64,000 bases of DNA, taken from assembly GCA_963717465.1 (NCBI GenBank), contig OY970340.1, positions 96,001 through 160,000 of the forward strand, read 5' to 3'. The notes under the pieces were generated by a model. That model was not told the origin of the DNA, searched no databases, and saw only the letters and a program-made list of their open reading frames with translations. This document shows, in pieces, positions 1 through 10,911 of the stretch. This DNA comes from Candidatus Bathyarchaeota archaeon. GTDB taxonomy: Archaea > Thermoproteota > Bathyarchaeia > Bathyarchaeales > Bathycorpusculaceae. Both the position numbers and the translations under genes were made by a program. How positions within the stretch are numbered: position 1 is the stretch's first letter; every line of letters starts with the position of its first letter.

Positions 1-429
1 CGATTCCAGGTAACGTTTCTCTATGAGGGTGCCCTTGTAATCTTGAACCAAATTTTCTAAGTGTCATTAACTCTTCTTTTGGGAAATATCCTGCCTCAGC
101 CATTGCAGCATATAATCCTGGACAAACGTGACCGTTTGATAAAATACATCGATCCCGACCTTCCCAATTCGGATTTTTCGGATCGTGATTTAAAACATTA
201 AAGTAAAGTGCAGTAAATACGTCGGCTAAACCCATCGAACCTGCAGGGTGACCAGATTTTGCTTCATGAAGCATTTTAACAATATTTTGTCTAATATTAT
301 TTGATAATAAATAGAGTTTTTTTATATCAGTAATTTTTTTTGCTCCAACTCCAACTGATGGATTAGCTCAAGAAGCGTTTGCTTTGGAGGGTCATTAGTT
401 AGTTTTGGAATATTAACATCCGCTGTCAT
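1..429 (-). CDS. Transketolase, N-terminal (TPP-binding) subunit; runs off window start; 1-nt frameshift in an A-run near 335
   Basis: Manual translation gives SGHPAGSMGLADVFTALYF...RDRCILSNGHVCPGLYA...SRLQGHPH. The upstream part (ORF 322..519) joins it if one A is added to the 8-A run. Confidence 0.85.
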
Positions 430-559
430 TTTCTCCCACCAACCACTTTCCGATTTATTTCTCCCTCGAATTCCCGACTCGTAGATATTCTGAACTGCTT
501 CTGGAATGCTTTTTGCCATAAAAATTGCATTCGCTGCCGCAAGAATATTCGCTCCTGCT

Positions 560-1105
560 TCACACGCTCTCTCGGAAGTCTCTGCGATTTATTCCCCCAT
601 CAACTTCAATTTCGAGTTTTGGGAATTTTGCTCGAAGAGTACGAACTTTTGATTCGACTTCAGGAATATATTTTTGTCCACAAAAGCCGGGATTAACTGT
701 CATGAATAGAACTTGCTTAACCTCTTTATCATTAATATATGGATAGAGTTTTTCGATGGGTGTTGCTGGGTTAATAGCAAGGCCTATTTTTCCACCACCA
801 GCGAGCGTGCATGCTTTTTTTATTTTATTCCAATCAGAAATAGCCTCAACATGAACTAAATGCGTGTGTTTTCCAGGAATTTTTGAAATCCAATTTTCAG
901 GATCTTTTACCATCCAGTGGAATTCGTACAAGATTCCTGAGGGAAGATTTGTTAAACTTTCAAGCCCAATCGTTTTGTTAGGGACAAAAATATTATCCAT
1001 TATGTCGATGTGAACAGTTGTAACGCTTAGTTTTACTTTTTCGATGCGGACCAGCAATTCTTCTCGGCTATTTACTAGGATTGCGGGTAATACTTTTACA
1101 CCCAT
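560..1105 (-). CDS. rpe: Ribulose-phosphate 3-epimerase; C-terminus frameshifted near 580
   Basis: HIDIMD, FHWMV, MTVNPGFCGQ and EVDGGIN motifs. The expected tail (EAGANILAAANAIF) lies in another frame. Confidence 0.9.
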   Translation of the reverse strand: MGVKVLPAILVNSREELLVRIEKVKLSVTTVHIDIMDNIFVPNKTIGLESLTNLPSGILYEFHWMVKDPENWISKIPGKHTHLVHVEAISDWNKIKKACTLAGGGKIGLAINPATPIEKLYPYINDKEVKQVLFMTVNPGFCGQKYIPEVESKVRTLRAKFPKLEIEVDGGINRRDFRESV

Positions 1106-1344
1106 CCAAATCAACTATTAAACCTAAATTTTTTTAAATTTACTCGCCAATTATTTTTCGAACCTCTCTCGGAAAGAATTTACGAGATATATAAACTTTA
1201 TTACTTACTTGCCACGAGATGAACGCCACCACTTACTTGCTATGACATGAACACTGCCAGCGTTCAAGCCTTTTGGGAAAGTCATTGACTTTAATAATTG
1301 ATGTTCTTCGTGCTACTGTCGAAAGAAAAAATAAGTTTTTTACT

Positions 1345-2204
1345 TTATTGCAGATAGTCGTTTAGTCGCTTTTTTATGCTCACTACGGCTGCTGGACTTG
1401 GCACGCTATCGCTAACAACGATTTCTTTTGCTCCTGCAGCTCGAATTTTATCAAATGCGCTACCTACTAGTAAGCCGTGAGCTGAAGCGCAAACGATTCT
1501 TTTGGCGCCTGCCTTTTTGCATACCGTGGCGGCTTTAATCATCGTCTCTCCGCTAATAATCATGTCATCGATTAGAATTACGTCACGTCCAGCAATATCC
1601 ACATCCAATTTTTCAGAAGTGATTTGCCTAAAGGCAACTGGTCCATGGATGTATTCACCAAGGGTTTTTTCCATACTGATCCCGCCTTCTTTTTTAACCA
1701 AGTGGGCGGCACCTCGATCTGGTGCGAGATAAAGACAGGATTTGATACTCTTGGTTTAACATAATCAAATAAGTCGGTTACAATCGATCGATTCTCGATA
1801 TTTAAGCCGGCGACATTCTTTTTGGTTTCGCCTGATTGCAAAAAGTGGCAATCAAAAGTAATGAGCCCATCAAGGCCAGCACCAGACAGCAACTTGCACA
1901 CCATTGTCGCAGAATCTGTTTCTCCAGGTCTAGAAATTTCGTCTTGTCTTGAGTATGGAAGATATGGAATAATCGCTGTTACTTTTGATGCAACTGGTTT
2001 TACTGCGCTTAAAATTTGTAAAAGCTGCAGAAGGCGTGAATCCTGGTCTGGGTAGCACCTGTGTAAGATCGCAACGTGTTTTCCTTTTAATTTTTCAATA
2101 TCAGGAATGTAAATGTAATTCTCGCAGTCATGAAATTTTTTTATCTCAATGTTTGACTGCGCAAGATCAGAACAATTTGGACCCACTAGTAGAAATTTTT
2201 CCAT
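1345..2204 (-). CDS. prs: Ribose-phosphate pyrophosphokinase, split by a frameshift near 1725
   Basis: The N-half has IPYLPYSRQD and TFDCH. The C-half has the PRPP-binding motif VILIDDMIISGETM and SAHGL. Confidence 0.9.
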
Positions 2205-2345
2205 ACCACTAATTTGCTGGAAAGGTATAAAAAGCCTACCATGCTATCTTAGCAAACATAATAGCTCACAATTTATATTCGCAAGCATCGAAATTGCTTA
2301 GTTTAGACTACTTGACGTTTGTATTAATAGAAAAAGGATTGATTA

Positions 2346-2828
2346 ATGATGAAAGTTGCGTTTGATCTTGATGGTGTAGTTTTGCATCAAGAAATGTACT
2401 GTTTAAGGGCAATGGACTCTTGCAAGAATGAAGAAGAAAGATCCGAACTAATGAGGTACTATTATGCACGAAGAAGCATGCAACTAAACCCGATAGATTT
2501 TCTTGCAGATGATGATGAATTATTTTTTATTACGGGTCGGTCCATTTTGGTTGAAGATTTAACGAACAGATGGGCTAAGAAATACTTCCCGATGGCAATT
2601 GTCATAAACACGCGAACGGTGATGCCAAGTTCAGACAATGAATTGATGACAAAAAATTATGTGAATGACAGAAAAAAGGAATGGAGCTTGATACAAGCTG
2701 AAAGAAAAGCTGAAGCCCTTAACGACCACAAAATAGATGTGTTCTTCGAAGACGACCCAAACGTCGTAAAACACCTCAGGCATTTATGCACAAACACCAA
2801 AATAATTCAGTACGGCGGAAGATTCTGA
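2346..2828 (+). CDS. HAD-superfamily hydrolase (5'-nucleotidase-like)
   Basis: FDLDGV motif I, ITGR motif II, and C-terminal FFEDD. Confidence 0.7.
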   Translation: MMKVAFDLDGVVLHQEMYCLRAMDSCKNEEERSELMRYYYARRSMQLNPIDFLADDDELFFITGRSILVEDLTNRWAKKYFPMAIVINTRTVMPSSDNELMTKNYVNDRKKEWSLIQAERKAEALNDHKIDVFFEDDPNVVKHLRHLCTNTKIIQYGGRF

Positions 2829-2979
2829 ATAATCATTTGAGAGTCCGCCAAGTAATGGTGATGATATTGGATTTCCTTAGAAATCTTGCTTTGCGATTTG
2901 GGGAGAAAATTAGTTTGGGCAAGCAGCCTATTTAACGGTTTCTTGCATTGCAATCATCAATCAGTACACTTGATAGGTA

Positions 2980-3810
2980 TTAATGTCCCTTATTGTTTAT
3001 CTTTATTTTAAACCAATAAACTGTTTTTGTCAAATCTGCTAACCTGTTGATGACTATATTGTTCGAATAGTAATTGTGGCCAACAAGCAGGACGATCAGT
3101 ATGAATAATGGTGAGTAAGTAAAAATGATACAAAACACACTAGGATTAAGAGTATTTAGCAAAAGAATATAGGGAATTTGAAAAAGGTAAATCGGATAAG
3201 TTAGCTTGCTTATGAGACTAACAATTTCAGAGGGTTTTTTGGAAAAATGTATCATTTTTTGGGTTTTGGCACCAGCAAAAAATAAGGTCAAGTAGGCGAT
3301 GCTTGCTAAACCGGTATTCTGGAAGTTGACTACGCAGGTTAAATAGGCCAAATAACCACTTAAGCAACAGAAGGCTGTCAGGAAACAAAATTTGTTTTTC
3401 TTGTATAAAGCAAAGAGGCAATATCCGGCAAAAATGACCGGAACAAACCATAAGAAGCCAGAGGGGGAAGGCGAAAAGATTTGACCTAAAAAAGGGTAAA
3501 GAATCATTTGGCCTCGTTGGACGTCTGCTACATAAGGAACAGATATTAAAACTGCAATGACATATAGCGGATAAAGTTTTAAAAATTTTGATAAAACATA
3601 TTTTTTCGGCTGATCTGCTAAGCGGCTATTTGGTGCGAGGTATCCTGAAGCGTAAAAGAAAATTCCCACACTTGCAAATGCAATTGGACTTGATTCAAAA
3701 ATTACGTTCGGGTTAAAATTAGTGGCTATTAATAGTGTGTGGTAGATGAAAACAAGTATGCAAGCACTGAATTTAAGGTAGGTAACGCCGTGTGAGGCTG
3801 TCTCATCCAT
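2980..3810 (-). CDS. Acyltransferase family 3 (OafA-like) membrane protein
   Basis: VFIYH, VGIFFYASGY, KFLKLYPLY, LWFVPVI and YPIYLFQ motifs; polytopic. Confidence 0.7.
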   Translation of the reverse strand: MDETASHGVTYLKFSACILVFIYHTLLIATNFNPNVIFESSPIAFASVGIFFYASGYLAPNSRLADQPKKYVLSKFLKLYPLYVIAVLISVPYVADVQRGQMILYPFLGQIFSPSPSGFLWFVPVIFAGYCLFALYKKNKFCFLTAFCCLSGYLAYLTCVVNFQNTGLASIAYLTLFFAGAKTQKMIHFSKKPSEIVSLISKLTYPIYLFQIPYILLLNTLNPSVFCIIFTYSPLFILIVLLVGHNYYSNNIVINRLADLTKTVYWFKIKINNKGH

Positions 3811-3906
3811 AGGCGTTTACACTTTTCAAGCTATAAGTATCTTATTACTTACGAATCAATATTTAAAACCAATTTGCACTTTCTAACAAAGAATCGATGA
3901 ACTTGG

Positions 3907-4575
3907 ATGCATATCGATATATATCCATTAAAAAGCAAGCTTGAAATACGAGCTGGAAAATCAGCTTTAACTATGTCCTATACCAATGCAAAGAAGGCTG
4001 GAACGATAATTCTCGCTGGAAGTGCCCAGTACATTCTATGTTTAGTAATTGCCGAATCAATTTACCCACACTACAGTATTTCAACCAATTTCTTAAGTGA
4101 TCTGGGAGTTTGGGGCAACTCATCAGCATTTGTTTTTAATCCATCCATTATGCTTTTAGGCTTGGCTGTAATTGCAGGCTCGTATTTTCTAAGCAAAGAC
4201 CTTAAAATACGTGCAATTCCTATCTTACTGGCAGCGACAGGCGTAGGCTACTTGCTGGTAGGGATTTTTCCTGAGAACACTTTAATATGGTTGGGAAAGC
4301 CAATAATTCACTCCATTGGAGCTCTTTTAGCCTTTTCCGGTGGAGGAGTAGCAGCCATCTCATTTTACAAAATCACCAAAGGCCCGTACAGGTACATAAC
4401 TGTTATTTTAGGCGCAGTGATTCTTCTGGCAGCTGTGCTCTTTGTTATAACCAGTCAGTATAATTACTTGGGATTAGGGGTTGGCGGCATGGAGAGAGTG
4501 AACGCGGACCCTGCTCTGATTAGCTTAATTGGTTTTGGCGGATACCTACTCGGAAAAGCCAAAACAGAAACTTAA
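3907..4575 (+). CDS. DUF998-family membrane protein (true start probably MSYTN)
   Basis: YPHYSISTNFLSDLG, VGIFPE, and GGMER motifs. Confidence 0.7.
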   Translation: MHIDIYPLKSKLEIRAGKSALTMSYTNAKKAGTIILAGSAQYILCLVIAESIYPHYSISTNFLSDLGVWGNSSAFVFNPSIMLLGLAVIAGSYFLSKDLKIRAIPILLAATGVGYLLVGIFPENTLIWLGKPIIHSIGALLAFSGGGVAAISFYKITKGPYRYITVILGAVILLAAVLFVITSQYNYLGLGVGGMERVNADPALISLIGFGGYLLGKAKTET

Positions 4576-4747
4576 ATTACATATTTAAGATATACCTTGC
4601 TATAACTTAGCATTGGCAAACCAATCCTAAACTTCATGATACCTGTTGTTTTTAGATCGAAATCTTACATGGTTCATTTTAAAAGGTGAAAGGCTCAAGT
4701 TTCTGAAGATAAGAATAGCGTGCACGATCGTTTTTCATTATCAGTGC

Positions 4748-5122
4748 ATGAAAAGGGTGGTGGGGCTGCCCGGATTTAAACCGGAGTCTATAGAGCCCAA
4801 GACTTACGAGACGATCAACTGGCAAGAGTTCAAGCAGTACGTAGATAACAAATACGCCAAGGGTTATGCAATGTCAATCTACGAACACTCAAGAAAATAC
4901 TTTAATCTTCTGAGCAACGTTAACGGCATATTATCGATTAAGCCGACAGCAAGAAACAACACAATTAACTCACTTACAGCTTTGAGCAGATTCTTAGGAA
5001 ATTACGATTCTTTTCTGTCTGACATGAAAACACATGGAGTCAAACGATATAAGCCAGATGCTATTCATTGTAGTAACAGCCACACCAGCAAAACTCTTAG
5101 AGTGACCAAGTTATATTTTTGA
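4748..5122 (+). pseudogene. SSV-type tyrosine integrase C-terminal fragment (intC), truncated before the catalytic domain
   Basis: The frame reads through the att site as VGLPGFKPESIEPK, then INWQEFKQYV...ALSRFLG. It ends after about 120 codons without the R-HxxR-Y catalytic residues. Confidence 0.7.
4758..4801. repeat. att site: copy of the tRNA-Pro 3' half (anticodon loop to CCA)
   Basis: tggtggggctgcccggatttaaaccggagtctatagagcccaag versus 7571-7614, which has tttgaa in place of tttaaa. Confidence 0.95.
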
Positions 5123-5272
5123 CAGCCAGAATCGTGATCTTGAACCCAAATACAACTTGATTCATGCTAATTTTATCCCGTAATTCTTCCTCTTTTTCAG
5201 GTATCACGCTATTAAACTATTTATTTTTGACAAATTACTTTGACCAAAGGATGGCACGCCATTAGAGTTTGT

Positions 5273-5605
5273 TTACTTAGAAAGCAAATTATATCCGTTT
5301 TCTGTTAGTGCATAATAAGTTTTTTTCATTGTACCGATGCGAAAGCCTATAGCAAAATCAAATTTTAACAAATTATCAATAATAGTCATAATTTGTGCTA
5401 TAGACAAATTTGTTTTTTTAGCAATTCCTTCTCTTGATAGAGGTTCTTGAGCATTCAAAAATAAATCGATAACTTCTGAACCTTCAATTGGAGTAACGGC
5501 ACTAACTTCAAATTCAGCAAATGATTTCTGAACATCTGCTACAGTTTGACGTTTTCCACCCATTATTACCATTCTTGAAGTTACATCATTATTTTGCTTG
5601 TACAT
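5273..5605 (-). CDS. Small winged-helix DNA-binding protein (element cargo)
   Basis: PLSREGIAKKTNLSIAQI HTH-like segment and YALTENG wing. Confidence 0.55.
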   Translation of the reverse strand: MYKQNNDVTSRMVIMGGKRQTVADVQKSFAEFEVSAVTPIEGSEVIDLFLNAQEPLSREGIAKKTNLSIAQIMTIIDNLLKFDFAIGFRIGTMKKTYYALTENGYNLLSK

Positions 5606-5863
5606 GATTTTCTAATCAGCATTAATATATTAACAACATTTGTAACATATCTAATTTATCAAGTATAATTAATTTGCCCTAAGTCTAAAAATGCTTTTAA
5701 TTTTGAATTCTAATAGCAGCACGCCCTTTTCCATGTCAGCGCGCGTTCAAACTGTAGGCTTGTTGGACATGTCTACAATATTGATACCAAATATATAAAG
5801 TACAAATATTCTCAATGGCCAATTGTACAAATACCTGAATTCGATCTTTAAACGGTAACAAGC

Positions 5864-6235
5864 ATGAACAACAAAAACGAAAACACAACACTTTGGCTGC
5901 TTGAGGAAACGCGCGAAAAGGATAAAGAGAAAGCTCGTATAGCAAAAGCTTGCAAAACTCATCTAAACGCTGTTCAGGAGAAAAATTTTTGCTCTAAATG
6001 CAAGCAACCTTTTGACGAACCCCAGTTAGTTCAATACTACGCCTGCCCTCATTGCATGGCAAAAATAGAAGAAGAAACGAAACCAGGCTGCCAGTTTTAC
6101 CTCGGCTTCCTAAGCCAAAAAGACAAAACCCAATCATTGCCAACCGAGTGCGTAGAATGCCCCAAGGTTTTGGAGTGCATGTTGGACCGAGACCATTCTC
6201 CCAATGCCTTATCAGAAATTAAGAAGTGGTACTGA
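5864..6235 (+). CDS. Cys-rich putative zinc-binding protein
   Basis: CSKC, CPHC and ECVECPKVLEC motifs. Confidence 0.55.
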   Translation: MNNKNENTTLWLLEETREKDKEKARIAKACKTHLNAVQEKNFCSKCKQPFDEPQLVQYYACPHCMAKIEEETKPGCQFYLGFLSQKDKTQSLPTECVECPKVLECMLDRDHSPNALSEIKKWY

Positions 6236-6463
6236 GCCAGCCTCGCTAAATCCTACTCTAACTTTTTTGGCGTGCTATAAAGATTTTATGTTGTTGGTCA
6301 ATGGTTATTATCCAAGCAATTGCTGGTAACTGACCCACACTTGCTTTGCAATTAAGAAAGAATTTACAAGAAAGGAGTCTGAGTAAGTATCACAGATTTG
6401 AGCCTAATGCTCTGTTTATAGAGCATATGTTTAATTCCTGTCTGGGATGAAAAAAGTAAAATA

Positions 6464-7057
6464 TTATGGAACTGTTATTTCTTCATTAAATTGAATTGAT
6501 GTTTCATTGACTAGCAATATTCCAAGCATTGTTGTCTCATAAACTTTGAAAGTAAAATCAAAGGTAGTATTATAATACCCTGAAAACGCGTCATAAAATG
6601 CATAAGCCAATGAGCAATTATCTAAATTTAAATATTCAGGCACAAAAGCATATTGACGTATTGAGAAATCTCCATTTCCAATAAAATTAGATTGATAAGA
6701 AAATTGAAGACCTTCTCCTACAACATCAACACTTTGAACGAAAAAGTTTGTGCTTTGATTAATCTTAAGGATGTATAGACTTGCTAAACCAGTATTTGTA
6801 TTAGTAAAATTTTTGATTGCATTAAAGATAAGCAGCCATGTTGCTCCATTAGAGGAATAAAGACAAGAAGCATTGACATAATTTGGACCTGAACCAATAC
6901 CAGTAATCTTAAACGCGTCTTCAGAGGAAACAAGGGATAAATTATTAACCTGAACGTAGGTACGAGCATAATTTTCTAAGCAAACAACACTTATCAAAAC
7001 AATCATGAGAATGAGGGCAATTGTGATTAGCTTCTTATGCTTCAAATCTACTTTCAA
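6464..7057 (-). CDS. Hypothetical membrane-anchored/secreted protein
   Basis: N-terminal basic plus hydrophobic segment, several NxS/T sequons, low GC. Confidence 0.5.
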   Translation of the reverse strand: MKVDLKHKKLITIALILMIVLISVVCLENYARTYVQVNNLSLVSSEDAFKITGIGSGPNYVNASCLYSSNGATWLLIFNAIKNFTNTNTGLASLYILKINQSTNFFVQSVDVVGEGLQFSYQSNFIGNGDFSIRQYAFVPEYLNLDNCSLAYAFYDAFSGYYNTTFDFTFKVYETTMLGILLVNETSIQFNEEITVP

Positions 7058-7287
7058 CCCTTTTCATATTCCATAAACCATGCACATTGTTGATAAAGTT
7101 TCTGCTAATTAAACTCTAAAGCACTTATACTTAAAACTTTCAATTATTATGGCAAGTTATTTTTAAAATTCAACCACAATTTCAAGCTTCTTCAAGGCTT
7201 CTAAAAAACTGTTCTCAGGGGTGTTTAAATGCTGAATTGACCACTCTGGAGGTCCAAAACCTAAGAATGGGGTAAAATGAAAATCAA

Positions 7288-7614
7288 ATGCTTAAATTTG
7301 AATGCGAAGTTTGCAGTAAAGTTTCAACTGCTCAAATTTTCTTTAAGGCAAATGGAGAAATAGGTTATGGAAGAGCTAGGCAGTATATTAAGAGAGTAAA
7401 TGGCAAACCACAGTTTGAATATCATCCTCAAAGTATTGATTATTTGAAAAGAAAACTTTGGGAATTAGAAGTTGATAGCAATAATGAAGGCCACAATGGT
7501 CAAGTTATAATTAATGCCAATGGTGACTTACAAAACTTTTCAAGCTCTAAAATAAAATCAAGCTCTGTTTTGGTGGGGCTGCCCGGATTTGAACCGGAGT
7601 CTATAGAGCCCAAG
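7288..7614 (+). pseudogene. SSV-type integrase N-terminal fragment (intN), reading antisense into tRNA-Pro
   Basis: The ORF crosses the att repeat in the same frame as intC (VGLPGFEPESIEPK), so excision would fuse the two. Confidence 0.7.
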
Positions 7615-7648
7615 TCTACAAGCCTAGACCAAGCTAGCCGACAGCCCC
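7571..7648 (-). tRNA. tRNA-Pro (UGG), intronless, CCA encoded
   Basis: GGGGCTG acceptor pairs with CAGCCCC-ACCA. Anticodon arm GTAGA-CTTGGGC-TCTAT. T arm CCGG-TTCAAAT-CCGG. Confidence 0.95.
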
Positions 7649-7886
7649 AAACTTTGCCGAGAAACATAATTTCGCATGCACCATAAAAACCTTAGCTACA
7701 GACTAGTAAATTTGAAGTTGGATTAAGCGTTGTATTGTTGACTGATTAATCTGTGAAAAATGAGACTTTAAGTATTATCTCTGATTTCTATTGAAGCATT
7801 TTTCGCTATCTTGATTAATTACCATTCAATTGTCCGCTGGAAATAAATACTGGTAGTGCAATTTCGTATCAGTTGGAGGATAAAAG

Positions 7887-8309
7887 TTGTCTGTAGCACA
7901 AAGGAAGTTCCAAAGTGAAGTCGCATCATTAGCAGATAAAACTGTTGCCGTACTTACAACTAATGGAAAAACGTACACGGGAACATTAATCGGCATTAAT
8001 CCTGACAATCTAAGCCTCTGCATAGCTGAGGCAAAAGATGAAACAGGGAAAACTTCTCATCGTATCTTCTTGAACGGCAGCGTAGTAGCCGAAATAGCAA
8101 GCACGGAAAAACCCTTCGATCTTAAAGCATTAGCAGGTAGACTTGAGAAGGTATTTCCAACCATGGTCAAACTTTACGAAGACAAGGGTTTCATCTGGGT
8201 AATGGACAAGGTAAAATTAACTGAGCGCGGAGTAACTGAGGGCTCAGGACCAGCTGCCGAACGAGTACAAAGAGTATACGAACAGTTTATTAGCGAAATA
8301 AAAACCTAA
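7887..8309 (+). CDS. Lsm/SmAP3-type RNA-binding protein
   Basis: Sm1 motif (GKTYTGTLIGIN) plus C-terminal extension (GSGPAAERV). Confidence 0.8.
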   Translation: MSVAQRKFQSEVASLADKTVAVLTTNGKTYTGTLIGINPDNLSLCIAEAKDETGKTSHRIFLNGSVVAEIASTEKPFDLKALAGRLEKVFPTMVKLYEDKGFIWVMDKVKLTERGVTEGSGPAAERVQRVYEQFISEIKT

Positions 8310-9059
8310 ATAAACCAGCGCAATTGCTGCTCTTCTTTCTTCTTTTCTTCTGAAATACTTTTAACTAAACCGAAAGTCTCAATCATTTCCTTAATTTGAG
8401 CACCCGCAACATCAAGTTTAGACAAATCCACATTTAAACCAAGAAACTTATCCAGAGTCGTTAATGCGAGCTTTGCAGCACCAACATCAGGCTCAAGCCC
8501 AAGAGTATCCACAAGCAATGAGAAACCTTTCAGATTCCTGATTTTCGCTAACCCGATTGATAAGCCTGCAATGCCGAAAACATGCCCAACCATGACTTTG
8601 GTTCCTAAATCCAACACCTGCTTCATCGTTTCATCATCCGTGGCAGTGCTATAAGTCCCAGGGGTTTGTCGTTGATTCCTCTTTCTTGTAGCCTCCGATA
8701 GAAATTAGAAAACGGCAGCCAAGCTCCTGCGAAATATCCAACACTTTACCGCACAGTTCGTACTGCCCAACAGTTGTCAAAGCCTGAGTATTACCATACC
8801 AAATTATCAAGTCACGTTGACCATTCTCACGTTTAACAAAATAAAGCTCATTTATAGGCGAACAAGTTCCACCGCCCTTAGTTGTAACCGCGAAATCTTG
8901 AAAAGATGAGGACACTATTTGGGCAAAACAAGTAGCTTTCAACTCTGTAATTAAATGCAAAGCCGCAATATTAGCTACAAACCCGATGCCAGGCAATCCC
9001 TCAATGAGAATAGGATCATTAAGTTTTGGTTTTTCGCTGAGCACAATTGTGCAAACCAT
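8306..9059 (-). CDS. PAC2-family proteasome assembly chaperone, frameshifted near 8670
   Basis: ILIEGLPGIGFVA, SIGGY and PDVGAA motifs across two ORFs. Confidence 0.85.
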
Positions 9060-9280
9060 CGTTCGGCTTCCTTTCGACGCTAATAGATAAGACTAATGAT
9101 ATAAGGATGTCTTAAACCAAAATAACGTCATAAATAATTAAAAACGTGACCAACGAAATTACAAATTGCAATTACACTTGCTTTCCTTAAGCCAGATGAC
9201 AAAAACAATTACAATTAACTCTCTTAATTACGAATGTTAATGCTTTTTATTATCGAACACGATTCCATGATTAGGTTTGA

Positions 9281-10909
9281 GTGTTGAGTTTCGAAATTAA
9301 AGAAAAAGATTTACTGGGGAGAATCGGCAAATTGAAAACTAAAAGCGGTTCGATTGAAACTCCGCTTTTGTTTCCAGTGATTAATCCATATCTTCAGCCG
9401 ATTCCTCCAAAGAAGCTTAAGGAAACGTTTGGTTATGAAGCAGTTATAACGAATGCGTATATTATCAAAAAACGGTTCCAGAACAAACCCGTTGATGAGG
9501 GCTTGCACAAGTTTTTGGGTTTTGACGGTGCAGTCATGACTGATTCTGGAGCATACCAGATTCTTGTTTATGGTGGAGTAGAAGTTAATCAGAAGGAAAT
9601 TGTTGCCTATCAGGAAGCCATTGGAAGCGATATTGCCACTATACTTGATATTCCAACAGGCTGGAAAGTAACCAAAGAACAAGCACAATTAACCGTCGCT
9701 GAAACATTACGTCGCGCAAAAGATTTTTTCAAATTAAAAACCCGCGAAGACATTCTGTGGGTCGGTCCAGTTCAAGGCGGCAAACACTTAGATTTAGTTG
9801 CCAAGTCAGCTGTTCAAATGGGGAAACTGTCTTTTGATATTCACGCGTTGGGAAGCCCGACTGAAGTAATGGAAAACTATCGTTTTGACGTTTTAGCAGA
9901 TATGATTTTAACTGCTAAGAAAAACTTGCCCGTTCAAAGGCCGCTACATCTTTTCGGCGCTGGTCACCCCACAATGTTTTCGCTTGCAGTTTCTTTGGGA
10001 TGCGACCTCTTTGACTCCGCTGCCTACGCGTTGTATGCAAGAGAAAACCGTTACATGACAGAAAACGGTACATGGCGACTTGAAGAACTGGACTATTTTC
10101 CATGCAATTGCCCAAACTGCGCCAATGAAACACCTCGAGGATTAGAAAAAAAGACATTAAAAGAACGAGAAATTTTCCTTGCTGAACATAACCTGTACGT
10201 TTGCCAAGCAGAAATAAAACGCATTAAGCAGGCAATACGAAACGGCAGGCTTTGGGAACACACCGAAATGCGAGTCCATGCTCACCCTGCATTGCTGTCA
10301 GCTCTTAAGAAATTGAGGACAAACGCTGATTTCCTTGAAACTTTCAGTCCCACCGTTAAAAGTAACGGATTCTTCTATTTTGACGCTATCGGATTAGCGC
10401 GACCAGAAATAACTCATTACCGAAAACGTCTCCAACAAAATTACATGCCTCCAGAAAAAAAGAAGGCACTTTTTCTTGTACCACAAACAAGAAATAAACC
10501 GTTCCATAAAGCCCCAGAATTCAAGAAAATCAGGCAACTAATGCGAAACTTAGGCGAAAAATATTCTTCAAAAATTCACATTTGCGTCTACGAAGCCCCT
10601 TTCGGAGTTGTTCCATTAGAGCTTGATGAAGTCTACCCACTGTCTCAGCATGAAGCAGCCTTGCCACTTGACACGGAAACGGTGGATTACGTTGCAGGCC
10701 AAGTGGCTTCTTTCATTGAAAAATCAGCTTACAAGTCTATCGTGCTGCTTAATGACCCAAAAATTTGGGGTAACAAGATAACAAAAAAATGCAAATTAAC
10801 TTGCAAAAAGAAGGCTTTGCTTTTTGAGCACGTAGATGCAGATTTGGCTGGAACCAAAGAGATTTTAAGTCGTTTAGAGATGATTTTGCGGAAACATTTG
10901 AGCGGTTAA
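9281..10909 (+). CDS. tgtA: Archaeosine tRNA-guanine(15) transglycosylase
   Basis: MTDSGAYQ, PVQGG, HLFGAGHP, DLFDSAAY and zinc-site CNCPNC...H. Confidence 0.95.
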   Translation: MLSFEIKEKDLLGRIGKLKTKSGSIETPLLFPVINPYLQPIPPKKLKETFGYEAVITNAYIIKKRFQNKPVDEGLHKFLGFDGAVMTDSGAYQILVYGGVEVNQKEIVAYQEAIGSDIATILDIPTGWKVTKEQAQLTVAETLRRAKDFFKLKTREDILWVGPVQGGKHLDLVAKSAVQMGKLSFDIHALGSPTEVMENYRFDVLADMILTAKKNLPVQRPLHLFGAGHPTMFSLAVSLGCDLFDSAAYALYARENRYMTENGTWRLEELDYFPCNCPNCANETPRGLEKKTLKEREIFLAEHNLYVCQAEIKRIKQAIRNGRLWEHTEMRVHAHPALLSALKKLRTNADFLETFSPTVKSNGFFYFDAIGLARPEITHYRKRLQQNYMPPEKKKALFLVPQTRNKPFHKAPEFKKIRQLMRNLGEKYSSKIHICVYEAPFGVVPLELDEVYPLSQHEAALPLDTETVDYVAGQVASFIEKSAYKSIVLLNDPKIWGNKITKKCKLTCKKKALLFEHVDADLAGTKEILSRLEMILRKHLSG

Positions 10910-10911
10910 CC

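Larger units (their letters stand above)
4758..7614. mobile_element. Degenerate integrative element inserted in tRNA-Pro, bounded by 44-bp att repeats
   Basis: Direct repeats at 4758-4801 and 7571-7614 (one mismatch) equal the 3' half of the tRNA. Integrase fragments overlap both ends. Confidence 0.85.

Noticed and set aside
1203..1258. Imperfect 28-bp tandem duplication between rpe and prs
   Set aside because: Only two degenerate copies with no associated feature.
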